NCBI GenBank assembly: GCA_947474005.1
Contig: CANJHI010000007.1
Location: 4,070-68,069 of the forward strand
Origin: Alphaproteobacteria bacterium
Lineage (GTDB): Bacteria > Pseudomonadota > Alphaproteobacteria > Reyranellales > Reyranellaceae
Length of the DNA: 64,000 nt
Reading direction: 5' to 3'
Position numbers and translations under genes: made by a program. Positions 40,945 through 49,052 of this stretch are shown here, one piece after another. Every line of letters starts with the position of its first letter. Position 1 is the first letter of the stretch. The notes beneath the pieces are model-generated. The model saw only the letters and a program-made list of their open reading frames with translations, was not told where the DNA came from and did no database searches.

Positions 40945-42315
40945 TCAGCGGAACTGGACGGTGGATACCATGCCCTCGCGCCCGATCGAGACGCTGGAGA
41001 TGCCGGCGGCGATGCGCTTCTTGAGGTCCTCGACGTTCTTCACGTCCTGGCCGTTGGTGGCCAGGATCATGTCGCCGGGACGGATGAACCGGCCGGCGTA
41101 GGCGCCCGGCTTGACCTCGACGACGGTAACGCCCGGCCGCCATTCGGCCAGGCCCATCTCCTCCGCGACCGCGGGCGACATGTTGACCACGGTGGCACCG
41201 GAGAGCGGCTGACGGCCTTCGAGCGCCGAACGCTCACGCGGTGGATCCTCGGGTGGGGCCGCGAGCTTCAGTTCGACCACCATTTCCTTGCCGGCCCGAA
41301 CGATGCGCACCGGCACGATCGTATCCACCTGGAGGGTGGACAGGCGGAACCTGAGACCCGCCTCGTCGTCGATCGGCAGGTCGCGCAGCGCCACGATCAC
41401 GTCGTTGCGCTTGAGCCCGGCGTCGGCACCAGGCCCATTGGCGAAAACCTCCTTCACCACCAGGCCGGCCGGCCGCGACAGGCCGAAGCCGGCGGCGAGA
41501 TCGGGCGTCACGCGCTGCATGCTGGCACCGAGCCAGGGACGCACGATGCGGCCACCCTGTTCGCCGATGGCGACCATGCGCGCCACGATATTCGACGGCG
41601 TGGCGAAGCCGATGCCGACCGAGCCGCCGCTCTGCGAATAGATCGCCGTATTGATGCCGATCAGCCGCCCATCGAGGCTCACCAGGGCGCCACCGGAGTT
41701 GCCGGGATTGATGGCAGCGTCGGTCTGCAGGAAGAAGTTCGAGTCGTTGACGCCGCCGGCGCTGCGCGCCACCGCCGAAACGATGCCGCTGGTCACGGTC
41801 TGGTTCAGCCCAAAGGGATTGCCGATCGCCAGCACGATGTCGCCGACTTCGACCGAGTCTGAATCGCGCATATCGAGGAAGGGGAACTTCTCGCCCGCCC
41901 CGTCGATGCGGACCAGCGCCAGATCGTAGCGCTCGTCTTGGGTCACCACCTTGGCCTCGAACTCGCGCCGGTCGGCCAGAACGATGCGAATTTCATCAGC
42001 GCCCTTGACCACATGGGCGTTGGTCACGATCAGCCCATCGGGTCGCACCAGCACGCCCGACCCCAGCGAATTCTGCACCCGATCGCCGGCCTGCGGCATG
42101 CCGGGAAAGGGGAACGGCAGGCGCCGCTGCACCCGCGCCGTGGTGGTCGTGTAGATGTTCACGACGGCCGGCGACACCTTCTTGACCAGTGGCGCGTATG
42201 AGTAAGCCAGCTCGCTGCGGGCGCTCGGCAGGGGTTGTGCAACGGCCGCCGGCGGGCCGGCCATCGCCGTTCCCCCGATCAGGATCATTGCCGCCAGATA
42301 CCTAAGCCCCGTCAT
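40945..42315 (-). CDS. HtrA/Do-family periplasmic serine protease with two PDZ domains
   Basis: TNAHVV, YDLALVRI, QTDAAINPGNSGGAL. Confidence 0.93.
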   Translation of the reverse strand: MTGLRYLAAMILIGGTAMAGPPAAVAQPLPSARSELAYSYAPLVKKVSPAVVNIYTTTTARVQRRLPFPFPGMPQAGDRVQNSLGSGVLVRPDGLIVTNAHVVKGADEIRIVLADRREFEAKVVTQDERYDLALVRIDGAGEKFPFLDMRDSDSVEVGDIVLAIGNPFGLNQTVTSGIVSAVARSAGGVNDSNFFLQTDAAINPGNSGGALVSLDGRLIGINTAIYSQSGGSVGIGFATPSNIVARMVAIGEQGGRIVRPWLGASMQRVTPDLAAGFGLSRPAGLVVKEVFANGPGADAGLKRNDVIVALRDLPIDDEAGLRFRLSTLQVDTIVPVRIVRAGKEMVVELKLAAPPEDPPRERSALEGRQPLSGATVVNMSPAVAEEMGLAEWRPGVTVVEVKPGAYAGRFIRPGDMILATNGQDVKNVEDLKKRIAAGISSVSIGREGMVSTVQFR

Positions 42316-42386
42316 TCATCGGTCTCCGTTGCCGCCCGAGCATTTGCGGTCACTCTTATGGCAAATCAAGGGCTGAGTCCCCCGGA

Positions 42387-42402
42387 TGGCACAACCGTTG
42401 CT
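42387..42402 (+). promoter_or_regulatory. Sigma54 (-24/-12) promoter of the bug gene
   Basis: TGGCAC-AACCG-TTGCT, an exact TGGCAC-N5-TTGC consensus, 53 bp upstream of the ATG. Confidence 0.8.
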
Positions 42403-42454
42403 GTGCCTTGACCAATGCGCGCCACCAACCGGCGTGTCCGACAGGGAGCCTCTC

Positions 42455-43456
42455 ATGAAACTGACCCGCCGCACTGTCATTGCCGCCTCGGCCGCCACGC
42501 TTGGTTCGTCCCTGGCCGTATCCGCCGCCCGGGCGAGTACCGACTGGCCGACCAAGGCGCCGATCAAGCTGATCGCCACTTTCCCGCCGGGTGGCACGGC
42601 TGACACGATCTCGCGCATCCTGGCGCCCAAGCTTTCGGCGGCACTGGGCACCCAGGTGATCGTCGAGAACCGGCCCGGCGCCGGCGGGACGATCGGCTCG
42701 GACCTCGCCGCCAAGGCCGCGCCCGATGGCTACACGCTGGTCATCTCCCATGCCTCTCCGCTGGGCATCGCGCCCGGAATCTATCCAAAGCTGCCCTACA
42801 ACGTGGTCACCGACTTCACCCACGTCACCCTGATCGGCCATACGCCCAATGTCCTGATCGTGCCGGCCGACTCGCCCTACAAGACGCTCGGCGATTACAT
42901 CGCCGACGCCAAGGCCAAGCCCGACCAGATCGCCTTCGGCAGCTCCGGCATCGGCTCCAACACCCATCTGATGGGCGAGCAGCTCTCGACTCTGGCCGGC
43001 ATCAAGCTGAAGCACGTGCCCTACCGCGGCTCGGCGCCGTCGCTGCAGGACATGCTGGCCGGCGTCATTCCCTCGATGTTCGACCCGATCACCACCAACG
43101 TGCCGCACATCAATTCCGGCAAGGTCCGGCTGCTGGCGATCAGCTCGGAAGCGCGCATCGACATGTATCCCAACGCACCGACCTTCGCCGAGCAGGGCTT
43201 CCCCAAGATGACGACCTCGACCTGGGTCGGCGTCTCCGGTCCCAAGGGCATGTCGCCCGAGATCGTGGCCCGCCTCTACGAGGAACTGCAGAAGGCTTAC
43301 AAGGCGCCCGAAGTCGTCGAACGGTTCAAGGAAGTCGTGCTGCTGCCCGGCGACAAGCCGATGACCCCGGCCGAATACACCAAGTTCGTCGGCGACTTCG
43401 CCGCGATCTGGGCCGAGGTCAGCAAGACCGCCGGGATCTCGCTCGAACTGGGCTAA
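42455..43456 (+). CDS. Bug/TctC tripartite tricarboxylate transporter substrate-binding protein (Tat signal)
   Basis: MKLTRR signal; FPPGGTADTISR, VENRPGAGG, HVPYRGSAP, STWVGVSGPKG. Confidence 0.92.
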   Translation: MKLTRRTVIAASAATLGSSLAVSAARASTDWPTKAPIKLIATFPPGGTADTISRILAPKLSAALGTQVIVENRPGAGGTIGSDLAAKAAPDGYTLVISHASPLGIAPGIYPKLPYNVVTDFTHVTLIGHTPNVLIVPADSPYKTLGDYIADAKAKPDQIAFGSSGIGSNTHLMGEQLSTLAGIKLKHVPYRGSAPSLQDMLAGVIPSMFDPITTNVPHINSGKVRLLAISSEARIDMYPNAPTFAEQGFPKMTTSTWVGVSGPKGMSPEIVARLYEELQKAYKAPEVVERFKEVVLLPGDKPMTPAEYTKFVGDFAAIWAEVSKTAGISLELG

Positions 43457-43458
43457 GA

Positions 43459-43618
43459 GGGGACCATTTCCGGGCACACCTCGTTGTGCCACGAGGTGTC
43501 CCGCTGCCTGTGCCACGAACCGGCCTCAAGCCCTTGATCCGGCGGGGCAATTGCCCCCTGATCGCCTGTGCCACCGCGCCCCGGCCCACGCCGGGATGAG
43601 AATCCCGGAGCGGTCGCC
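43459..43618 (+). ncRNA. Structured 160-nt RNA, candidate 6S RNA (SsrS)
   Basis: 5' GGGGACCATTTCCGGG pairs with 3' CCCGGAGCGGTCGCC; inner CTCGT/ATGAG, TGTG/CACG and GGTGT/GCGCC helices flank a largely unpaired centre; TCCGGG...GGTGTCCC.CTG and GCCCACG...CCCGGAGC resemble alphaproteobacterial 6S as I recall it (not verified). Confidence 0.55.
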
Positions 43619-43675
43619 GCGGTGGACCCTTCCGTGGACCATTCGGGATCGATCAGGGCCCCCACAGAGCCCATG

Positions 43676-43705
43676 AAAAACGCCCGCCGGATCTCTCCGC
43701 GGGCG
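43676..43705 (-). terminator. Intrinsic terminator of nrdJ
   Basis: CGCCCG(C)CGGA-tctc-TCCGCGGGCG hairpin next to A5 (U5 on the minus strand). Confidence 0.72.
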
Positions 43706-43767
43706 TCTCCCATCGTAGCAAAAAAAGTAGCAAAAACCTGCTGAACCTGCAAATCAGCAAGTGCCTC

Positions 43768-46092
43768 TCACCCGCACCGCGAGTAGCCACAGTTGAGGCA
43801 GACGTCGCAGCCTTCCTGGTGCGTGAGGGAAGCGGCGCCACAGTTGGGACATTGCCCCATCGTCGTCGCAGCGCCCCCTGAAGGCTCGCGGGCACCGGCC
43901 GCCAGCCGGACCCGCTGGTCGGCGGCCTCCGCGATCAGCGGCGCGTCGGCGGGGCTGAGGAACCCGATCTCGATCAGGTGCCGCTCGATCACGCCGCCGA
44001 TCGCTGCCAGCAGTGACGGCACATAGCGGCCCTCCATCCACTGGCCGCCGCGCGGATCAAAGACGGCCTTCAGTTCCTCGACCACGAACGACACGTCGCC
44101 GCCGCGGCGGAACACCGCCGAGATCATGCGCGTCAGCGCCACGGTCCAGGCGTAGTGCTCCATGTTCTTGGAGTTGATGAAGATCTCGAACGGCCGGCGG
44201 CGGCCGTCCTGCATCACGTCGTTGATGGTGATGTAGATGGCGTGGTCGCTGCCCGGCCATTTGATCTTGTAAGTCCGGCCCGGCAGCTCCTCCGGCCGGT
44301 CGAGCGGCTGGGCGATATAGACGACGCCGTCCTCGCGCGCCAGCACCGGCACGAGGGCCGGGGTCGCGCGCTGGGCGGCTGCCTCGGGCTTCACCTCGAG
44401 CACCGCGCCCGTGACGTCGTTGGGGCGGTAAGTCGTGCAGCCCTTGCAGCCCTGCGCATAGGCCTCCTCGTAGACGCCCTTGAAGGCCTCGAACGAGATG
44501 TCGCGCGGCAGGTTGATGGTCTTGGAGATCGAGCTGTCGACGAACTCCTGCGCCGCCGCCTGCATGGCGAGATGGTCGGCGGGCGAGAGCGTCTGGGCAT
44601 CGACGAACACATCTGGCGGCGGTGCTTCGTTGCCCTTGGCCTCGCGCCAGGCGCGGAAGGCATAATCCTCGACGCTCTCCTCACGCTTGGTGCCGTCGGG
44701 CTGCAACACGTGCCGCACATAGCCGAAGGCGAACACCGGCTCGATGCCGGAAGAGACGTTGTCGGCCAGCAGCGAGATCGTGCCGGTGGGCGCGATCGAA
44801 TTCAGCAGCGCATTGCGGATGCCGTAGCGGCCGATGGCGGTGCGCACGTCCTCGGGCAGGCCGCGGATCGTCTCGCCGGCGAGATAGCGGGTGCGGTCGT
44901 AAAGCTCGAAGCTGCCCTTTTCCGCCGCGATATCGGCCGAGGCGAGATAGGAGAAGCGCTGGACCGCGCCCAGCCATTCGCGCGTGAGCCGAACTGCCTC
45001 GGGTGAGCCGTAGCGCACGCCGCAGAAGATCAGCGCGTCGGCCAAACCCGTGACGCCGAGCCCGATACGGCGCTTGGCTTTCGCCTCCTTCTCTTGGCTC
45101 GCGAGGGGAAAGCGCGAGACATCGACCACGTTGTCGAGCATGCGCACGGCAACAGGCACCAGCCGCTCCAGCGCCGCCATGTCGAGGCTGGCTTCGGGCG
45201 TGAAAGGAGCCTTCACCAGCGCAGCGAGATTGATCGAACCCAGCAGACAGGCGCCGTACGGGGGCAACGGCTGTTCGCCGCAAGGATTCGTCGCGTGAAT
45301 GGTCTCGCAGTAGCGGAGATTGTTTCTGGCATTCACGCGATCGATAAAGATCACGCCGGGTTCTGCAACGTCATAGGTGGCGCGCATGATGCGCTCCCAC
45401 AACGCCTTCGCCTTCACCGTCCTAAAAGTCTTCCCGCCGAAGACGAGAGCCCAATCGGCATCGTCTTTCACCGCTTTCATGAAGGCGTCGGTGACCAGCA
45501 CCGAGACGTTGAACATGCGCAGGCGCGCCGGATCGCGCTTGGCGTCGACGAAGGCTTCGATGTCCGGATGGTCGCAACGCAGCGTCGCCATCATGGCACC
45601 ACGGCGCGAGCCTGCGCTCATGATGGTGCGGCACATGGCGTCCCACACATCCATGAACGACAGCGGCCCCGAGGCGTCGGCGCCGACGCCCTTCACCGGC
45701 GCGCCCTGCGGACGCAGCGTCGAGAAATCGTGGCCGATGCCACCGCCCTGCTGCATCGTGAGCGCGGCCTCGCGCAGATTCTCGAAGATCGACGACATGT
45801 CGTCGCCGATCGTTCCCATCACGAAACAGTTGAAGAGCGTGACGCTGCGGCCGGTGCCGGCGCCCGCGATCACGCGGCCGGCCGGCAGGAACTTGAAACC
45901 GGACAGGGCTTCGTGGAAACGCCCGGCCCAAAGCTCGGGGTCGCGCTCCGGCGCCGCGAGCGCCCGCGCCACGCGCCACCACGTTGCGTCCAGGTCGGCA
46001 TCGGCTTGACCGCCCGATTGGCCGGTCGCGTCGCGGAAGCGATATTTCATGTCCCAGATACGCTGGGAAACAGGCGCCCATTCCATCGTCAA
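43768..46092 (-). CDS. nrdJ: Class II (adenosylcobalamin-dependent) ribonucleotide reductase with C-terminal TSCPD and Zn-ribbon domains
   Basis: TLFNCFV, TNPCGEQPL, IAPTGTIS, KGCTTYR, terminal CPNC...CLNC; TTG at 46092 or ATG at 46086. Confidence 0.94.
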   Translation of the reverse strand: MTMEWAPVSQRIWDMKYRFRDATGQSGGQADADLDATWWRVARALAAPERDPELWAGRFHEALSGFKFLPAGRVIAGAGTGRSVTLFNCFVMGTIGDDMSSIFENLREAALTMQQGGGIGHDFSTLRPQGAPVKGVGADASGPLSFMDVWDAMCRTIMSAGSRRGAMMATLRCDHPDIEAFVDAKRDPARLRMFNVSVLVTDAFMKAVKDDADWALVFGGKTFRTVKAKALWERIMRATYDVAEPGVIFIDRVNARNNLRYCETIHATNPCGEQPLPPYGACLLGSINLAALVKAPFTPEASLDMAALERLVPVAVRMLDNVVDVSRFPLASQEKEAKAKRRIGLGVTGLADALIFCGVRYGSPEAVRLTREWLGAVQRFSYLASADIAAEKGSFELYDRTRYLAGETIRGLPEDVRTAIGRYGIRNALLNSIAPTGTISLLADNVSSGIEPVFAFGYVRHVLQPDGTKREESVEDYAFRAWREAKGNEAPPPDVFVDAQTLSPADHLAMQAAAQEFVDSSISKTINLPRDISFEAFKGVYEEAYAQGCKGCTTYRPNDVTGAVLEVKPEAAAQRATPALVPVLAREDGVVYIAQPLDRPEELPGRTYKIKWPGSDHAIYITINDVMQDGRRRPFEIFINSKNMEHYAWTVALTRMISAVFRRGGDVSFVVEELKAVFDPRGGQWMEGRYVPSLLAAIGGVIERHLIEIGFLSPADAPLIAEAADQRVRLAAGAREPSGGAATTMGQCPNCGAASLTHQEGCDVCLNCGYSRCG

Positions 46093-46128
46093 AAAGTAGG
46101 CGTGACGGCCCCTGATATCAACAGAAAT

Positions 46129-46143
46129 GTTCCTTATACGTTC
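46129..46143. promoter_or_regulatory. Alphaproteobacterial LexA (SOS) box upstream of nrdJ
   Basis: GTTC-CTTATAC-GTTC, an exact GTTC-N7-GTTC; encloses TATAAG (-10-like) on the nrdJ strand. Confidence 0.75.
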
Positions 46144-46590
46144 CTATTCGTCTCGGGCACGGTAGCCTTCGGTCTTGGCAAGTTGGAAAAACTGCCGGGC
46201 CTCTTCAGCGGACTGCGCCGCAGAAAGACAGACCGCTTCCTGGGGTTCGTAAATGATCGCGTCGCCCAGCTTCGCCAGCGCAGCCGCCAACGCAAAGGCG
46301 GTGCCGCCTTCCGCGAAATTCCCACCCCAGGTAAAATTCACCACCTTGTCTCGCCCGTCCACCGCTGCGGCCAGTTCGGGATACATCTCGGTCAACTCCG
46401 CGAGATTGTCGTCGAAGTAGACCTCGACACCTGTTTTGCAGCCTGCGAGGTCGATCGGCCAAAAGCCGCTCGTTCCCTCGAAGTCGTAGAGCACGGTTGC
46501 CTCGAATCCCAACGCATCGAGCGCGCCCTTGAGGCCGGCGCGGTCCCACGCCAAGTCACCACGCCAGCAAACATGCAAATCCATCGACAT
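46144..46590 (-). CDS. Hypothetical acidic protein
   Basis: ATG after a GGAGG RBS; 148 aa; S-G-F-W-P, G-V-E-V-Y and F-T-W-G-G motifs. Confidence 0.8.
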   Translation of the reverse strand: MSMDLHVCWRGDLAWDRAGLKGALDALGFEATVLYDFEGTSGFWPIDLAGCKTGVEVYFDDNLAELTEMYPELAAAVDGRDKVVNFTWGGNFAEGGTAFALAAALAKLGDAIIYEPQEAVCLSAAQSAEEARQFFQLAKTEGYRARDE

Positions 46591-46655
46591 GCCGTCCTCC
46601 AACTACGAATGAGCAGGGCCCATTTCAATGGTTGAAGAACTTCTGAACAACAAAC

Positions 46656-47387
46656 CTATGGTTGTATTCTTTGAGCGTCAGCCACCAGCCGCGCCGTGGT
46701 GCCTTCGATGCGTTCGCGCAGCGTCGCCATGAAGGTCTTGCGATCGAGGCCCGGTGGGATGGCCTGAAGCAATTCGACGTCGATGATGCCCGGCCACTTA
46801 ATGAACTTGCGTCGCCCCCAGAAGACCCCCGAATTGAGCGCCACCGGCACGACCGGTATGCCGAGCTGGCGATAGAGCGCCGCCGTGCCGACCTGGTAGG
46901 GCGGCTGCGATCCAACCGGCGTCCGCGTGCCCTCGGGAAAGATCAGGATGGAGCGGCCTTCGGCCACCGCCGCCTTGGCCTGCCGCACGAGGCCACGTAG
47001 CGCCTTGGCGCCGTCGCCGCGCTCGACGCCGATATGGCCGGCCCGCGCCATCGCCCAGCCGACGACGGGAATGAACAGCAGTTCGCGCTTGAGGATGATC
47101 GCGGCGTGGGGAAACAACAGGGCGAAGGCCAGCGTCTCCCAGGTCGATTGATGCTTGCAGGCGATGATGACCGGGCCTGTCGGCATGTTCTCGAGACCAC
47201 CCAGGCGGTGCGTGAGGCGGCACGTGAGCCGCAGCCAGCCAAGGCAGAAGGCGATCCAGAAATGCGACCACGCCACCACGGCGCGGCGCGGCAACACCAG
47301 GATCGGGGCGCCCACGATGGCGATGACCGTCGACCCGACGTACCAGCCCACATTGAAAAAGAACGAGCGCAGGCGAAGGCCGATCAC
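46656..47387 (-). CDS. plsC: Lysophospholipid acyltransferase (PlsC family)
   Basis: ACKHQSTWET (HX4D-like), ILKRELL, IFPEGTRT, VPVALNSG; GTG start after GAGAG. Confidence 0.9.
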   Translation of the reverse strand: MIGLRLRSFFFNVGWYVGSTVIAIVGAPILVLPRRAVVAWSHFWIAFCLGWLRLTCRLTHRLGGLENMPTGPVIIACKHQSTWETLAFALLFPHAAIILKRELLFIPVVGWAMARAGHIGVERGDGAKALRGLVRQAKAAVAEGRSILIFPEGTRTPVGSQPPYQVGTAALYRQLGIPVVPVALNSGVFWGRRKFIKWPGIIDVELLQAIPPGLDRKTFMATLRERIEGTTARLVADAQRIQP

Positions 47388-47533
47388 CGGGATCTCTCGG
47401 CACGGGCGCAGCGATCGAAGGAAGAACCGGAAAGGAACATGAGAGCGGGGCCAGAGCCGTGTTGCTTGTAAGGCCAGTTTTAGTGGCCTAACGTCCGCCC
47501 GCAAGCACATCTAGGGGTACTTCCCCGCTCATC

Positions 47534-48208
47534 ATGCAAGTTACCTGTTCAAACTGCGGAGCCCGGTACGCCGTCGATCCCAAGGCGATCGGCCCCACCG
47601 GCCGCACCGTCCAGTGCGCCCGCTGCAATCATCGCTGGTTCGAGCCCGCGCAGGCAGCGCCCACTCCGCCGGTAGATGTCGCATCGCCGGCAGGCCCGGT
47701 GCCGGATGTCGTCATCCGTCCGCAGTCCCCTGGATCGGGCCTGCCCGCCCTGACCAAGCCCCCGCTAAAACGCCAATTTGGCCGGTGGCTAGCGGGCGCC
47801 GCCGTCGTCCTCGTCGTGGTGGGCTCGGCGGCCTTCATCTGGCGGGTTCAGCTCCTGGAGCGTCTCCCCTCCGCCTGGCGCCCGATCCTCACTCTGGACG
47901 CTTTCCGTAGCCTGCCGGCCGTGCCGCCGAAAACCGTTCAGGCGCGGCTCGAAATCGATTTAGACGCCAGCAAGATTGAGTGGCAAGATAACCGATATGT
48001 CGTACAGGGAGAGATCATCAACACCGGGCGCGCGCCGGCATCGACCAGCCGCCTGAAGCTGGTCTTCAGAAAGAACAACGACGTGCTGGGCGAACGCACC
48101 TATCCGCTGATCAAGGGCCCGATCGGGCCGGGTGCCCGGGTGAGTTTCAGCCAGGCACTCGACGAACCGCCCCCCGGCACCACCGACGTCGTACCAGCCG
48201 TCGAATAG
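47534..48208 (+). CDS. MJ0042-family zinc-ribbon membrane protein
   Basis: CSNC...VQCARCNHRW, Pro-rich linker, single TM, C-terminal beta domain. Confidence 0.88.
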   Translation: MQVTCSNCGARYAVDPKAIGPTGRTVQCARCNHRWFEPAQAAPTPPVDVASPAGPVPDVVIRPQSPGSGLPALTKPPLKRQFGRWLAGAAVVLVVVGSAAFIWRVQLLERLPSAWRPILTLDAFRSLPAVPPKTVQARLEIDLDASKIEWQDNRYVVQGEIINTGRAPASTSRLKLVFRKNNDVLGERTYPLIKGPIGPGARVSFSQALDEPPPGTTDVVPAVE

Positions 48209-48219
48209 CGAGCCCCGCC

Positions 48220-48759
48220 ATGCCCAACCGTCCGACCGTCTCGATCCGCTTTTCTGCCGCCGAAATCGCCGCCCGTGTCGATGTCATGGCGGGCGAACTC
48301 GCCGCCAAGCTTCCGGCCGACACGCTGGTGGTTTCGGTGCTCAAGGGCAGCTTCGTGTTCGCCGCCGACCTCATCCGCGCGCTCAGCCTGGCCGGCGCCG
48401 ACTGGTCGATGGATTTCCTCACCCTGTCGAGCTACGGCAGCGGCACCGAGACCAGTGGCAGCGTGCGGATCGTGCGCGACATCGTCGACGACGTGCGCGA
48501 CCGCGACGTCCTGCTGGTCGACGACATCCTGGAATCGGGCCTCACCCTCAGCTTCGCCAAGAAGCTCATGCTCGAGCGCCATGCGCGCCGGGTCTGGATC
48601 TGCACGCTCCTCGACAAGCCGGCGAAGCGCCGCGCGGCGCTCGAGGCCGATTTCGTCGGCTTCGAGGCCGGCGACGAATTTCTCGTGGGCTACGGACTCG
48701 ACTGGGCCCACCGCTTCCGCGGCCTGCCCTATATCGGTGTAGTGGAGAAAACGAGTTAG
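48220..48759 (+). CDS. hpt: Hypoxanthine phosphoribosyltransferase
   Basis: VLKGSFVFAADL, VLLVDDILESGLTL, LLDKP, FLVGYGLD. Confidence 0.95.
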   Translation: MPNRPTVSIRFSAAEIAARVDVMAGELAAKLPADTLVVSVLKGSFVFAADLIRALSLAGADWSMDFLTLSSYGSGTETSGSVRIVRDIVDDVRDRDVLLVDDILESGLTLSFAKKLMLERHARRVWICTLLDKPAKRRAALEADFVGFEAGDEFLVGYGLDWAHRFRGLPYIGVVEKTS

Positions 48760-48766
48760 CCTCTTG

Positions 48767-48848
48767 GGACCGCGGGCCTCCTCAGGGCGGAGGTTATTCC
48801 GCCCGCGCCCGCCTCATGACCTTGAGCGGGCCTGGAGGCCCGCGGTCC
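48767..48848. repeat. REP-like palindromic element with 15-bp perfect terminal inverted repeats
   Basis: GGACCGCGGGCCTCC ... GGAGGCCCGCGGTCC; internal GGGCGGA-ggttat-TCCGCCC hairpin. Confidence 0.75.
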
Positions 48849-48870
48849 GCTTGAGATGATCTAGAAACTC

Positions 48871-49007
48871 ACCTCATCCTGAGGAGCGCGCGCAGCGCGC
48901 GTCTCGAATCGGGCGGAGTAGTCTCGGCCCTGTGATGGGCAACGGGGACCGAGTGTGCAGCCCATGCTTCGAGACGCCCGGCTATGCCGGGCTCCTCAGC
49001 ATGAGGT
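48871..49007. repeat. 137-bp MITE/RIME-like intergenic element with composite inverted arms
   Basis: ACCTCATCCTGAGGAGC[hairpin]GTCTCGAA ... TTCGAGAC[hairpin]GCTCCTCAGCATGAGGT; one mismatch in the 17-bp TIR. Confidence 0.8.
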
Positions 49008-49032
49008 TGTGTTGTTCGAACTGAAGAACAGA

Positions 49033-49050
49033 CGCCGAATGAATTCGGCG
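49033..49050. repeat. Short perfect hairpin just past the TIGR02302-like stop
   Basis: CGCCGAAT-ga-ATTCGGCG. Confidence 0.55.
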
Positions 49051-49052
49051 CG

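Noticed and set aside
43459-43665. tmRNA, SRP RNA, RNase P RNA, TPP riboswitch, or sigma54 promoters from the three TGTGCCAC copies
   Set aside because: Their signature motifs are absent; none of the GTGGCACA copies has GC at the -12 spacing
43768-46143. Intein or intron in nrdJ, cobalamin riboswitch, or NrdR box upstream
   Set aside because: The ORF is normal length with no splicing motifs; the 51-bp leader is too short for a B12 riboswitch; TGATATCA does not fit the NrdR consensus
46637-46648. Second LexA box (GAAC-ttct-GAAC)
   Set aside because: The spacer is 4 nt rather than 7; the same applies at about 49013-49028
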